NCBI GenBank assembly: GCA_003660925.1
Contig: QMVD01000001.1
Location: 1 to 45,075 of the forward strand
Reading direction: 5' to 3'
Source of the DNA: Nanobdellota archaeon
GTDB taxonomy: Archaea; Nanobdellota; Nanobdellia; B33-G15
Length of the DNA stretch: 45,075 nucleotides
Part shown: one piece after another, positions 9,215 to 18,025 of the stretch
Position numbering within the stretch: the first letter of the stretch is position 1
How the letters are laid out: each line of letters starts with the position of its first letter
Notes under the pieces: model-generated
Database searches by the model: none
What the model was told of the DNA's origin: nothing
What the model saw: the letters and a program-made list of their open reading frames with translations, nothing else
Translations under genes and position numbers: made by a program

Positions 9215-10516
9215 TTATCTCAAGGGGAAACTAGCAATCTCGTTCCAATCCTCCCCGAACGTCCTGAAACTCTTCTCCAAGAGGTCCGTCAAGTTGGGAT
9301 ATCTCTTCCTATTGAGTTCTTTAAACTTGTCATAGAACTCCTTTACGTCCTTCTGTTCCCATTCCTCAGCTTCCCCACCGTTCCACGGGAACTCCTTCGA
9401 CAGATAAGCGCTCTCATCCCTGATCATCTCTTGAAGCTCTTTCCTCGGGATCTTCCTCACGAACCTCCAGCCGATGTAATGGGAGAGGACGGGGTGAACA
9501 GCTATCTCCGGAGCGTGAAGGAGGAGGTAGGTGGACACGGGGGTCATCTCTATGGCTTCCTTAATAGCAATCTCAGCTATTCTTTCAGCCTTCTCTTCCC
9601 TCATTCCATGTACTCTGTAATAGTGTTTATGACACCTCTCAGATATGGTGGTGGCCACCCCCTCTTCCCAGCACCACCGCTTGAGGAATTCCCTCCTTCC
9701 CTTTTGAGTCTGTAAGTGACGAGCTCTCGCTCCCTCGCCACCCATCAACAGGTGAGGAAGCTCGTTTGACAAAGCATTAAAGAAACTTCCCTCGGAGTCC
9801 AGAGAGGATTTCGAGAGGACTATTTCCTTTTTCGTGGTAAAGGGGAGCATCCCCAGTGACATCTTCAGCTCGTACTTCGGGATTTCCTCCACGCCCATTT
9901 CGAACCTCACGAAATCTTCGACCATCTCCCTCAGATGAGGGAAGGGGTCAAACCTCACCTCGGGCTTCTTTACCTCACCAAATCTCCTGAGATAGGCCCT
10001 CTTGAGGATCTTCATGCAAGTCTTGGTACCCTTGGGCCAGAAGGAGGAGGAAAAGCCGCTTGGCGTGAAAGCGCATTGCTCGAACAACTCATTTATCTCC
10101 TCCTCTCTCATCTTGAGCAGTTCTTCTAAGCCTCCCTCGCGTCCTTTTGGGATTTCCTCTCCTTTCCTCTCCAATTCCTCAGCAAGGCCTCTGCCCCACT
10201 CCCCTAGGAAAGGTATCAGGAGCAAGAAATTAGCCACTGGTTGATGCATGTTCATGTTTACTTCGTAGACGGTCTGTAAGATGGCTGAAACCACATGAGG
10301 GTCCTCTGACTTCGCCTTTTCCTTCACGTAGAGGAGCCTACTCCCGGAATCTAAAATATAAAGCACTGGGTCCTCGGCCAACTTCTTGGCCAAGGAGGCC
10401 TCCTTCCTCAATTCCTCTAAGGCAGGGGAATAACGAGAAGTGAGCCATCTTAGGAATTTCTTCTCCTTTTGTATCCTCAGCAAACCCGAAAGGTATTCCA
10501 TCATCATGTCCTTCAT
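9215..10516 (-). CDS. Zincin-like (gluzincin/DUF2268-like) protein with degenerate HExxH (NELPH)
   Basis: 433-aa ORF with NELPH...WCWEEGVAT...HYIGWRFV, matching the spacing of the HExxH / EGxA / Y-G-x-x-F-V signature. Confidence 0.55.
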   Translation of the reverse strand: MKDMMMEYLSGLLRIQKEKKFLRWLTSRYSPALEELRKEASLAKKLAEDPVLYILDSGSRLLYVKEKAKSEDPHVVSAILQTVYEVNMNMHQPVANFLLLIPFLGEWGRGLAEELERKGEEIPKGREGGLEELLKMREEEINELFEQCAFTPSGFSSSFWPKGTKTCMKILKRAYLRRFGEVKKPEVRFDPFPHLREMVEDFVRFEMGVEEIPKYELKMSLGMLPFTTKKEIVLSKSSLDSEGSFFNALSNELPHLLMGGEGARARHLQTQKGRREFLKRWCWEEGVATTISERCHKHYYRVHGMREEKAERIAEIAIKEAIEMTPVSTYLLLHAPEIAVHPVLSHYIGWRFVRKIPRKELQEMIRDESAYLSKEFPWNGGEAEEWEQKDVKEFYDKFKELNRKRYPNLTDLLEKSFRTFGEDWNEIASFPLR

Positions 10517-10597
10517 TGTGTTATTACTCTCCAGCGTAAACTTGAAATAAATTTCGCAGGCAGCACCTTTAAATAGGAAGGCCAGTTCATTCCTTTC

Positions 10598-10798
10598 ATG
10601 AGGGTCTTGAGGGAGTGGGATAAGAGGCAGATCGAGGTCAAGATAAAGGGAAGGAGGATGATAAGAAGGGTGTTAGAGGAGATGGGGATAAACCCAGAGG
10701 AATACGTGATCATAAAGAACAAGCGCATAGTGGGGGAGTGGGAAGAAGTTAAGGATTCTGATGAACTGGTGATAATCCCGGTGGTCTCAGGTGGTTAA
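10598..10798 (+). CDS. Ubiquitin-like sulfur carrier (SAMP/TtuB/ThiS-MoaD family)
   Basis: 66 aa beta-grasp pattern ending IIPVVSGG. Overlaps the TtuA start. Confidence 0.9.
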   Translation: MRVLREWDKRQIEVKIKGRRMIRRVLEEMGINPEEYVIIKNKRIVGEWEEVKDSDELVIIPVVSGG

Positions 10799-11702
10799 GT
10801 GTTCTTGTGGAAAGAGGGCCATCATATATGTGAAGGTGAAGGGAAAATACATGTGCGAGGACTGTTTCTTGAGGTATTTCGAGAGGACGGCGTTGAACAC
10901 CATAAGGAGACACAAGTTGATAGATAAGAGGGATAAAATAGCTGTTGGTGTCTCTGGAGGGAAGGACTCCTTAGCGTTGCTCTACTTCCTCAACGAACAT
11001 TTCGACAACGAGATCTTCGGGATCTTCATAAACGAGGGGATCAAGGGGTACAGGGAAATAACTTCTAAGGACTTGAGGAAGTATTGCAAGAGGTTCGGGG
11101 TCGAATGCTATGAGTTCAGTTTTAAGGAAGAGATAGGCATGACCCTGGATGAGATGGTTAAGAGGGGGAGGTTGAAGCCTTGTTCTTACTGTGGCGTCTT
11201 CAGGAGGTATTTGTTAAATAAAAAAGCGAGAGGACTGGGGGCAACTAAGTTGGCCATGGCCCATAATTTGGATGATGAGGCCCAAACCATCTTGATGAAC
11301 TTGTTCACCAATGACGTGAAGAGGTTCATGAGGTTAGGTTACATGACTGGGATCAAGACCCACCCAAAATTCGTCCCGAGGATAAAGCCCTTCAGGTTGT
11401 TGTACGAGAAGGAAGTCTTAGTTTACGGACTGCTGAAAGGGATAAGGGTCACTTACATCCAATGCCCTTACGCCGAGCAGGCTTATAGGGTGAGGATCGC
11501 CCACGTCTTATGGAAACTCGAAAGGAAGTATCCCTTGTTGAAGTATAATGTCGTTAAGGTGTTCGACCCCAAGTTAAGAGAACTCAAGGAAAGGGCAAAG
11601 GATGAGGAGTTGAGGGAGTGCAAGATATGTGGGGAAGTGACGAATAGGGACATATGCAAGGCCTGTGAGTTCAAGAGAGAACTCAAAATTCCAATCTCTT
11701 AA
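10791..11702 (+). CDS. ttuA: tRNA 2-thiolation enzyme TtuA/Ncs6
   Basis: PP-loop SGGKDS, N-terminal CxC...CxxC, PCSYCGVFRR, AHNLDDEAQT, CPYA, C-terminal CKICG...CKAC. Confidence 0.92.
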   Translation: MVKCSCGKRAIIYVKVKGKYMCEDCFLRYFERTALNTIRRHKLIDKRDKIAVGVSGGKDSLALLYFLNEHFDNEIFGIFINEGIKGYREITSKDLRKYCKRFGVECYEFSFKEEIGMTLDEMVKRGRLKPCSYCGVFRRYLLNKKARGLGATKLAMAHNLDDEAQTILMNLFTNDVKRFMRLGYMTGIKTHPKFVPRIKPFRLLYEKEVLVYGLLKGIRVTYIQCPYAEQAYRVRIAHVLWKLERKYPLLKYNVVKVFDPKLRELKERAKDEELRECKICGEVTNRDICKACEFKRELKIPIS

Positions 11703-12327
11703 ATTCTCCTTTCTCCAAGTTCATCGTCATGAAGAACTCTTTCTTGAGTTGTCCGAGCAAATATCTCAGGCAAATCGTTGCTTGGAGGGAGCCGACTAAC
11801 CCCACCGGAGGGGATAGGACAGCTGTACAAGCCAACCCCACTTTCTTCACCTTATCAATGTTCTCCTTCAGGAAGCCAACCTGTCCCCTCCACCCCTCAA
11901 CCGCTCCGTGAACCAATGGTTTCTTAGCCTTCTTTACCTCCTCAAACAACTTCCACCTGGTCTTCCAATCATCTAAACAATCCACCACCAAATCGCAATC
12001 CTTGATGAGCTTATCTATCTTCATCTTCATCAGGTCCCCGTAAATCGGCTCGATCACCACATCCGGATTGATTTCTCTCAACCTTCTAGCGGCCACTAAT
12101 ACTTTCTTCTTCCCCACATCTTTCTCCTCATACAAGAATTGCCTGTTCAAATCCGAAAGGGAAACCACGTCCTTATCTACTAGGGTTATCTTGCCAACAC
12201 CAGAGAGGGTTAATTCGAGTGAAACAAAGTTCCCAAGCCCCCCTAAACCAAAAATAATCACCTTCGCTCTTCTCAGCTTTTCCTGTCCCCTCTTTCCTAT
12301 CAAGTTCAACTGCCTCGCGTACCTCAC
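11683..12327 (-). CDS. ubaA: E1-like ThiF/MoeB/UbaA ubiquitin-like protein activating enzyme
   Basis: RYARQ, GLGGLG, VDKDVVSLSDLNRQFLY, DLVVDCLD. GTG start. Confidence 0.88.
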   Translation of the reverse strand: MRYARQLNLIGKRGQEKLRRAKVIIFGLGGLGNFVSLELTLSGVGKITLVDKDVVSLSDLNRQFLYEEKDVGKKKVLVAARRLREINPDVVIEPIYGDLMKMKIDKLIKDCDLVVDCLDDWKTRWKLFEEVKKAKKPLVHGAVEGWRGQVGFLKENIDKVKKVGLACTAVLSPPVGLVGSLQATICLRYLLGQLKKEFFMTMNLEKGEFKRLEF

Positions 12328-12377
12328 GATAGGTAAAGGATAAAAACGTTTATAAAATAATAACTAGTGGTGGGTTC

Positions 12378-13346
12378 ATGGCAAAGAGGAGAAAGAGTGC
12401 CACTTTAAAGGAGAAACATTATCAGCTGATCATCGTCATCCTCAGCGTGGCCCTGGCGACTTCTATAGGGTTCATCTTAACAGGCCCCATAACAGGGATG
12501 GCGGTAGCTGACCCTAATTACGTGGGGAAGAAAGTAATCAGCTATATTAATGAGAAATTGGTAAATCCAGGAACCTTCGCTTCTTTGGTAAAAATTGAAG
12601 ATGCTGGAAAGTATTACATCGTGACTATAGAGTACATGGGAAATAGAATGGGTATCTCTGTTTCAAAGGATGGTAACACTCTGTTTTTCAGTAGACCCGT
12701 GGACATAACAAATTATGAACCAAATGCCAGCTACATACCAGGAAACAAAACAAAAGTAGAATGTTGGGTTGCTGCAGCGAACTCCGTAGGGATAGATACA
12801 AACAAAGTAGTCCAGTGTGTAGAAAAGGAAGGATTAGATTTGATGAGAGCGGAAGCACAGATAACTTCTCAATACAAAGTTTTTGGTTCACCAACATTGA
12901 TAGTAAATGATGTTGTCTATCAGGGTATGAGAACGCCAGAGGCCTATAAGCAAGCGATATGTTCCGGATTTGTAGAACCTCCAGAGGAATGTAATCAAAC
13001 ATTAAGTGGTTCTAACGAAACAGATGGATTCGATGCTCCTGACAGAGATGTCCCTGACGTAAAGCTATTCGTCATGAGTTTCTGCCCGTATGGCAACATG
13101 GCTGAGAGAGCCATGTATCCTGTGGTAAAGTTGCTTGGGAGCAAAGCGAACATAGAGGTACACTACATTGTATCAGTTTCAGGAGATCAGGTACGGGCGC
13201 TTCATGGGGAAAAGGAGGTTCAGGAAAATATGAGGGAAGCATGTATACAGAAGTATATGCCGGATAAATTTTGGGACTTCTTAATAAGGTATCTCAATTG
13301 TCGCTCTGGAGGTTCAGCAACTTCTTCAGCGAGCGGTCAGTGCTAA
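12378..13346 (+). CDS. Membrane-anchored DsbA/thioredoxin-like protein with swapped halves
   Basis: N-terminal TM, SKDGNTLF module, GIDTNK...GSPTLIVN...PEEC, then LFVMSFCPYG...HGEKE...CIQ...KFW, ending SGQC. Visibly AT-richer than its neighbours. Confidence 0.75.
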   Translation: MAKRRKSATLKEKHYQLIIVILSVALATSIGFILTGPITGMAVADPNYVGKKVISYINEKLVNPGTFASLVKIEDAGKYYIVTIEYMGNRMGISVSKDGNTLFFSRPVDITNYEPNASYIPGNKTKVECWVAAANSVGIDTNKVVQCVEKEGLDLMRAEAQITSQYKVFGSPTLIVNDVVYQGMRTPEAYKQAICSGFVEPPEECNQTLSGSNETDGFDAPDRDVPDVKLFVMSFCPYGNMAERAMYPVVKLLGSKANIEVHYIVSVSGDQVRALHGEKEVQENMREACIQKYMPDKFWDFLIRYLNCRSGGSATSSASGQC

Positions 13347-13377
13347 GGTTTTTAACTTCTTTTCCTTTTCAATTCTC

Positions 13378-14145
13378 ATGGAGTTGGATTTCTCTAAGTT
13401 GAGGGAGAGACCGGCTCAGGCGATCCTCCTCTTAGCCTTCTTCTGCATCTCCCTCCTCCATTCCTTCCTCTTCCACTTCTACGTCCTCTTCGTCTTCCCA
13501 GTCGTGATTTCCTACTTCTTCACACCTTATCTAGCAGAATTCGTCTTCCTTTTGCACAGGAGGATATTCTTCAAGATAAGGATAAAGGCCAGGTCCAATA
13601 GGTTCTATTACAGGTTCCTCATCTCCAACATCACTTTGCCCAAGATAGTCGAGTACTCCTTCTATCCCTTCCTCTTCTTCCTCAGCATCTTGTTGCAAAC
13701 GGCAGAACCCACTTTGGATTACTTACTCGGGATGAAGGCCTTCTTCACCACTTTATCCTTCCCCTTCATCTTCCTCCTCTCCTCTGTCATGTGGGTCCTA
13801 GATCAATCTGGGCTGAGGTATGTGGATGAAAAGAACCAATACATAGAACGAATAGGGAATTGGTTCGGGACCAAGTTCAGGGGATTCGCCAGCTTCTTCG
13901 TGGTGATCTCCCTCACCTTCAAGCTCCTCCAACAAGAGCCCTCTCTTTCTCTCCTAAAAGAGATCTTGACAATAGGAGGGGCAGTCTACTTGCAAGTCCT
14001 ATTAGCGACCTTCGTCTACTTGAAGTTTGGCATGAGGAGGGACCTGGAGAAGTTCGAATCCATCTTGGTCAAGAAGTACGAGATGGAACCTGAGAGGGTG
14101 GAGTTCTCCCTAAAAAAGACGCCTTTTTACTTCAAGCCCTATTAG
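13378..14145 (+). CDS. Multi-pass membrane protein, unknown function
   Basis: 255-aa ORF with about 6 hydrophobic segments and host-like codon usage. Confidence 0.7.
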   Translation: MELDFSKLRERPAQAILLLAFFCISLLHSFLFHFYVLFVFPVVISYFFTPYLAEFVFLLHRRIFFKIRIKARSNRFYYRFLISNITLPKIVEYSFYPFLFFLSILLQTAEPTLDYLLGMKAFFTTLSFPFIFLLSSVMWVLDQSGLRYVDEKNQYIERIGNWFGTKFRGFASFFVVISLTFKLLQQEPSLSLLKEILTIGGAVYLQVLLATFVYLKFGMRRDLEKFESILVKKYEMEPERVEFSLKKTPFYFKPY

Positions 14146-14451
14146 GAAACCTAAGAGGGTTCCGGCGAAGTTGAAGCCTAGATCTATCAGGTCAAAGGTC
14201 TTCCAGGGGAGACCTATCTGGATTAGCTCGCTGTAAAGGGGGACCCCCAAGGATAGGAGGACATCGTTGATCACGAAGGGGAAGAGGAAACCGTAGGGCA
14301 AGAAGGTGAGAAAGTGGATGAATCTATCCCAACCTCCTGGGACTCCCTCGGCACTTAGGGTCGAAAAAAGGGCGACGAGTAGCATCCAACCTAACAAGAG
14401 CCAGTTGGAACGCGCCAAGATAGTCCTAAAGTCCAAGCTTCCTCCTAGCAT
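14110..14451 (-). CDS. VanZ-like membrane protein
   Basis: DRFIHF...Y...SELIQ...P.K...D...N..G pattern of the VanZ family. Confidence 0.65.
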   Translation of the reverse strand: MLGGSLDFRTILARSNWLLLGWMLLVALFSTLSAEGVPGGWDRFIHFLTFLPYGFLFPFVINDVLLSLGVPLYSELIQIGLPWKTFDLIDLGFNFAGTLLGFLIGLEVKRRLF

Positions 14452-14722
14452 CTTCGCTCATCCTCTCTGGGCTCCATGGTTCGTCGAAGGTCAACTCCAC
14501 ATCCACGTCCTTGACACCTTTCAGTTCCAAAACCTTATTTTTAATCTGTTCCAAGAACATGCCAGCCAAGGGGCAAAAAGGCGTGGTGAAAGTCATCCTT
14601 ATCCTCACGTATCCCTTCTCGATCTCCACATCACATATCAGGCCCAAGTCCACTATGTTAATCCCTAATTCGGGGTCGATCACCTCTTTCAACGCTTCGA
14701 GAACTTCCTCTTTCTCCACCAT
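14426..14722 (-). CDS. DUF59/SufT-like metal-sulfur cluster assembly protein
   Basis: LKEVIDPELGINIVDLGL, MTFTTPFCP, TFDEPWSPERMS. Confidence 0.9.
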   Translation of the reverse strand: MVEKEEVLEALKEVIDPELGINIVDLGLICDVEIEKGYVRIRMTFTTPFCPLAGMFLEQIKNKVLELKGVKDVDVELTFDEPWSPERMSEDARRKLGL

Positions 14723-14754
14723 GAGACGTGAAGGAACCAACTTCTTAAAAAGAT

Positions 14755-15150
14755 TTAGGTGAAGTATTCCCTTCCATCTCTCAACTCTCTCTCCAATGAC
14801 TCAAGGGGCACCTTCTTGGAGGCCCCTTTAATGACTTCCTCTAACCCACCCACAGATTGGCTGTGAGGGTCATAGTAGCTTAGCTTTACCTCCACGACAT
14901 AGATCTCTCGCTCGAATATCTTGATAGGCCTCATCTTCCCGAACTCCACCAAGATGGAAGAGCCCTCTTTATCCGTGTACACCGCTATCACTTTGTTCTT
15001 ATCCATCACACAGGAGAAAAACTTGAATCCCAAGCCCTGAATGAAAGCCTCAAAATCCCCGTAAAGCTTGTAGGCCTCCAGCTCTTTTCCTTTCTTCATC
15101 AAGAAGTACATTTGGGGTTTATACGAAAACTTCGTCACAAATGTTGCCAT
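14755..15150 (-). CDS. Hypothetical protein
   Basis: Open frame with host-like codons between co-oriented genes. Start choice (MATF) is uncertain. Confidence 0.6.
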   Translation of the reverse strand: MATFVTKFSYKPQMYFLMKKGKELEAYKLYGDFEAFIQGLGFKFFSCVMDKNKVIAVYTDKEGSSILVEFGKMRPIKIFEREIYVVEVKLSYYDPHSQSVGGLEEVIKGASKKVPLESLERELRDGREYFT

Positions 15151-15189
15151 TGGTGAGAAATTACAAAAAGATGACATAAATACTTTTCC

Positions 15190-15669
15190 TCAACCCCGTC
15201 TTTCACGCATTCGCCTGACGATTCCAGCCAACACGTTTATTCTCGGTACTCTCCTCATATAATCCCTGTATGCATCGCCGAACTTTTCAACGTTCCTTTT
15301 CTCCTCCTCTACCATGGCGAGGGATAAAAGAACGATTAAGGCCATTCCTATGATTGCGCTAATAAGATGTTGGCTCATGAGAATCAATGAGGAGGAGATC
15401 AACATGTGGGCTAGAAACTCGGGATGACGAACAAGAGCGTATAAACCATCTTCCACGAGGATTTCCCTGTTGCCTTTCGACGACCTTCCCTTACGAGACA
15501 AATTTGAAATCAGTAGGAGGAGTACCCCAAATATCAAGATCACCCACCCAAAGTACGACAATTCCACCAACTTAAGCGAGTCATAGAAGAGAAAGCAAGA
15601 CATCACTAATAAAGCATACAAAATGACATATACCAAATGAGCGATCGAATGGACAATTTTCTGATGCAT
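15190..15669 (-). CDS. ICMT/PEMT-family membrane methyltransferase
   Basis: LVEDGLYALVRHPEF, EEEKRN..KFGDAYRDYMRRVPR, 4 TM segments. Confidence 0.8.
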   Translation of the reverse strand: MHQKIVHSIAHLVYVILYALLVMSCFLFYDSLKLVELSYFGWVILIFGVLLLLISNLSRKGRSSKGNREILVEDGLYALVRHPEFLAHMLISSSLILMSQHLISAIIGMALIVLLSLAMVEEEKRNVEKFGDAYRDYMRRVPRINVLAGIVRRMRERRG

Positions 15670-15681
15670 TTTCTCACCAAT

Positions 15682-15915
15682 CTAATATTTCCTTATCTTA
15701 TCCCTCCCCATGATGTCCACGGCGAACTTCTTCGCCTCTCTCAGTTTCAGGAAGGATTGGGCGAAGAGCCTAGCCTTATAAGTAGGGGATTTCCTGAAGG
15801 TCTCCACCAAGTAATCCCCCCTCTTCTTCCAGATGATGATCTGATACTTCTCACTCTCGTAAACTATCTGCTTCCCGTTCTCCTTCTTGAGCTTCCAGCC
15901 TTTCGGGAGCTTCAT
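15682..15915 (-). CDS. Small basic hypothetical protein
   Basis: 77-aa ORF with an AT-rich box upstream. Confidence 0.6.
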   Translation of the reverse strand: MKLPKGWKLKKENGKQIVYESEKYQIIIWKKRGDYLVETFRKSPTYKARLFAQSFLKLREAKKFAVDIMGRDKIRKY

Positions 15916-15975
15916 ACTTTACTTATAACAAGTTCTGGAATTAAAACTTATTGCTGGCTTTTCAAAATAAGTTGC

Positions 15976-16284
15976 TCACTCAACGATCTCCATCTCTACG
16001 TGAACATCTTTAGAGATGGGAATCCTCATGATGAGTCTCAAAACTCTTTCATCAACCCCCAAATCTATCAACCTCTTGTGAATCCTCATCTCCCATGTCT
16101 CATAAGTCTCCCTCCCAGAACCACATGGGGACCTCCTGACGGGGACCTTGAGCCTCTTGGTCGGGAGGGGAATGGGCCCTCTCATGTCCACCCCCACCTT
16201 TTCAGCGATTTCCTTTATCTGCCTACATATCTCTTCCAACTTCTCCTTGTCCGTGGACATGAGCTTTATCCTCGCCCTTTGCAT
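15976..16284 (-). CDS. rps10: 30S ribosomal protein S10 (uS10)
   Basis: RARIKL, GPIPLPTKRL, RRSPCGSG, WEMRIHKRLIDL. Confidence 0.98.
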   Translation of the reverse strand: MQRARIKLMSTDKEKLEEICRQIKEIAEKVGVDMRGPIPLPTKRLKVPVRRSPCGSGRETYETWEMRIHKRLIDLGVDERVLRLIMRIPISKDVHVEMEIVE

Positions 16285-16337
16285 AGTAGCATGAAATGGG
16301 TGGAATGTTTTAAAAGTTTTTGGGGATTTTTATTGGT

Positions 16338-16673
16338 ATGAGCGAGGAGGGGATCACTTGGGAGAAGGTGAAGAGCTTCGATGACATAGTCCTCCCTGAG
16401 GAGAGGAGGATAATCTCTGACCTGGAAAGAGAGGTGAGAATGGGGGAGAGGAAGAAGTGCCCTTTCCTGGGGAAGGAAGGGAACTTCTTCTATTTCTGCC
16501 AGCTTCGGGTAGAGCAATACAAGAGGTTCGGCTACACCGACGAGGAATTGAGCTCATCAAACCCTACCTATCTCGCCAAAGTGGACGTGGCCGAGCTCCA
16601 ACTGTGCTGCCTTGACAACCCTAAAAAGTGCGATGACTACGCCAAGAAAATAAATGTAAAGAAAGAAGGCTGA
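16338..16673 (+). CDS. Cys-containing hypothetical protein (possible Zn binding)
   Basis: CPFL-x8-FYFC...CCLDNPKKC, host-like codons, antisense to the flanking operon genes. Confidence 0.65.
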   Translation: MSEEGITWEKVKSFDDIVLPEERRIISDLEREVRMGERKKCPFLGKEGNFFYFCQLRVEQYKRFGYTDEELSSSNPTYLAKVDVAELQLCCLDNPKKCDDYAKKINVKKEG

Positions 16674-16679
16674 GAAAGT

Positions 16680-17951
16680 TTACTGGGTTTGAGTGACTTC
16701 CAAGCAGACGCCTGCTCCGATGGTCTGACCCATGTCCCTTATAGCGAACCTCGCCAGCTGAGGTATCTTCTTCACCGGCTCTATGACCAATGGCTTCGTT
16801 GGTTCGATGAGGACCAGTGCAGCGTCTCCCTTCTTCAAGTACTCTGGGTTTTCTTGTACTACTGATCCCGTCTTGGGGTCCAACTTTGCCAGGAGTTTCT
16901 TGAACCTGCAAGCCACCTGTGCGGTTGCTACGTGGAACACCGGGGTGTACCCTTCGGTGATGACTGTTGGGTGGTTTATCACTATGATCTGTGCCTTGAA
17001 CTCCTTCGCCACAGTTGGAGGATTGTCTGGATGTCCGACCACGTCTCCCCTCTTGATCTCGTTCTTGCTGATTCCCTTCACGTTGAACCCTATGTTGTCC
17101 CCTGGCTCTGCCTGCTGCATCTGCTCGTGGTGCATCTCTATGCTCTTCACCTCTCCCGTGGCCCCAGAAGGTTGGACTATGATCTTATCCCCGACCTTGA
17201 GCACCCCTGTCTCCACCCTCCCTACAGGGACGGTCCCCACCCCGGTTATGGAGTAAACGTCTTGGACGGGGATCCTGAGGGGGAGATCTATGGGTTTCTC
17301 AGGGACTTCGAAGGTGTCCAGTGCCTCCAAGAAGGTGGGTCCCTTGTACCATGGCATCTTGGTAGGCTTCTTGGTGACGTTCTCGCCCTCTAGCGCTGAA
17401 ACTGGGATGAATAGTATCTTGGAAGTATCATAACCCACTCCCTTGAGGTACTTCTCGACATCCTCCTTAACCTCATTAAACCTCTTCTCATCGTACTTCA
17501 CTGTGTCCATCTTGTTTATCGCTACCACGAGTTGATTTATGCCCATGACCTTGGCGAGGTAGATGTGTTCCTTGGTCTGGGGCATCACTCCGTCATTGGC
17601 TGCTACCACCAAGACAGCCGCGTCCGCCTGAGAAGCTCCCGTGATCATGTTCTTCACGAAGTCCCTGTGCCCTGGAGCGTCTATGATGGAGAAGTAGTAC
17701 TTGGGCGTCTCGAACTTCTTCACCGCGATGTCTATGGTCAGACCCCTCTGCCTCTCCTCTTTTCTAACGTCCACTGCGTAGGCGAACTCCCAAGTGACCT
17801 TTCCCATCTCCTCTGCCATCTTCTTGTACTTCTCGAGCTCCTGTGGGGTCAATACCCCTGTCTCGTAAAATACCCTTCCGATTAGCGTTGACTTCCCGTG
17901 ATCCACGTGTCCTATGAACACCAAGTTGAGGTGTGGTTTTTCCTTAGGCAT
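16680..17951 (-). CDS. tuf: Translation elongation factor EF-1alpha
   Basis: [46 protein letters not shown]. Confidence 0.99.
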   Translation of the reverse strand: MPKEKPHLNLVFIGHVDHGKSTLIGRVFYETGVLTPQELEKYKKMAEEMGKVTWEFAYAVDVRKEERQRGLTIDIAVKKFETPKYYFSIIDAPGHRDFVKNMITGASQADAAVLVVAANDGVMPQTKEHIYLAKVMGINQLVVAINKMDTVKYDEKRFNEVKEDVEKYLKGVGYDTSKILFIPVSALEGENVTKKPTKMPWYKGPTFLEALDTFEVPEKPIDLPLRIPVQDVYSITGVGTVPVGRVETGVLKVGDKIIVQPSGATGEVKSIEMHHEQMQQAEPGDNIGFNVKGISKNEIKRGDVVGHPDNPPTVAKEFKAQIIVINHPTVITEGYTPVFHVATAQVACRFKKLLAKLDPKTGSVVQENPEYLKKGDAALVLIEPTKPLVIEPVKKIPQLARFAIRDMGQTIGAGVCLEVTQTQ

Positions 17952-17959
17952 ATTCCATT

Positions 17960-17994
17960 ACCTCCAGGAAGCAATAAAAGGCAAGCATTTAAAT
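17960..17994 (-). promoter_or_regulatory. Own TATA box (ATTTAAAT) and Shine-Dalgarno site (GGAGGT) of tuf
   Basis: ATTTAAAT at 17987-17994 and GGAGGT at 17960-17965, upstream of the ATG at 17951. Confidence 0.6.
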
Positions 17995-18025
17995 AGATTA
18001 CCTTGGAAGGAGAAAAGAAAAGGGT

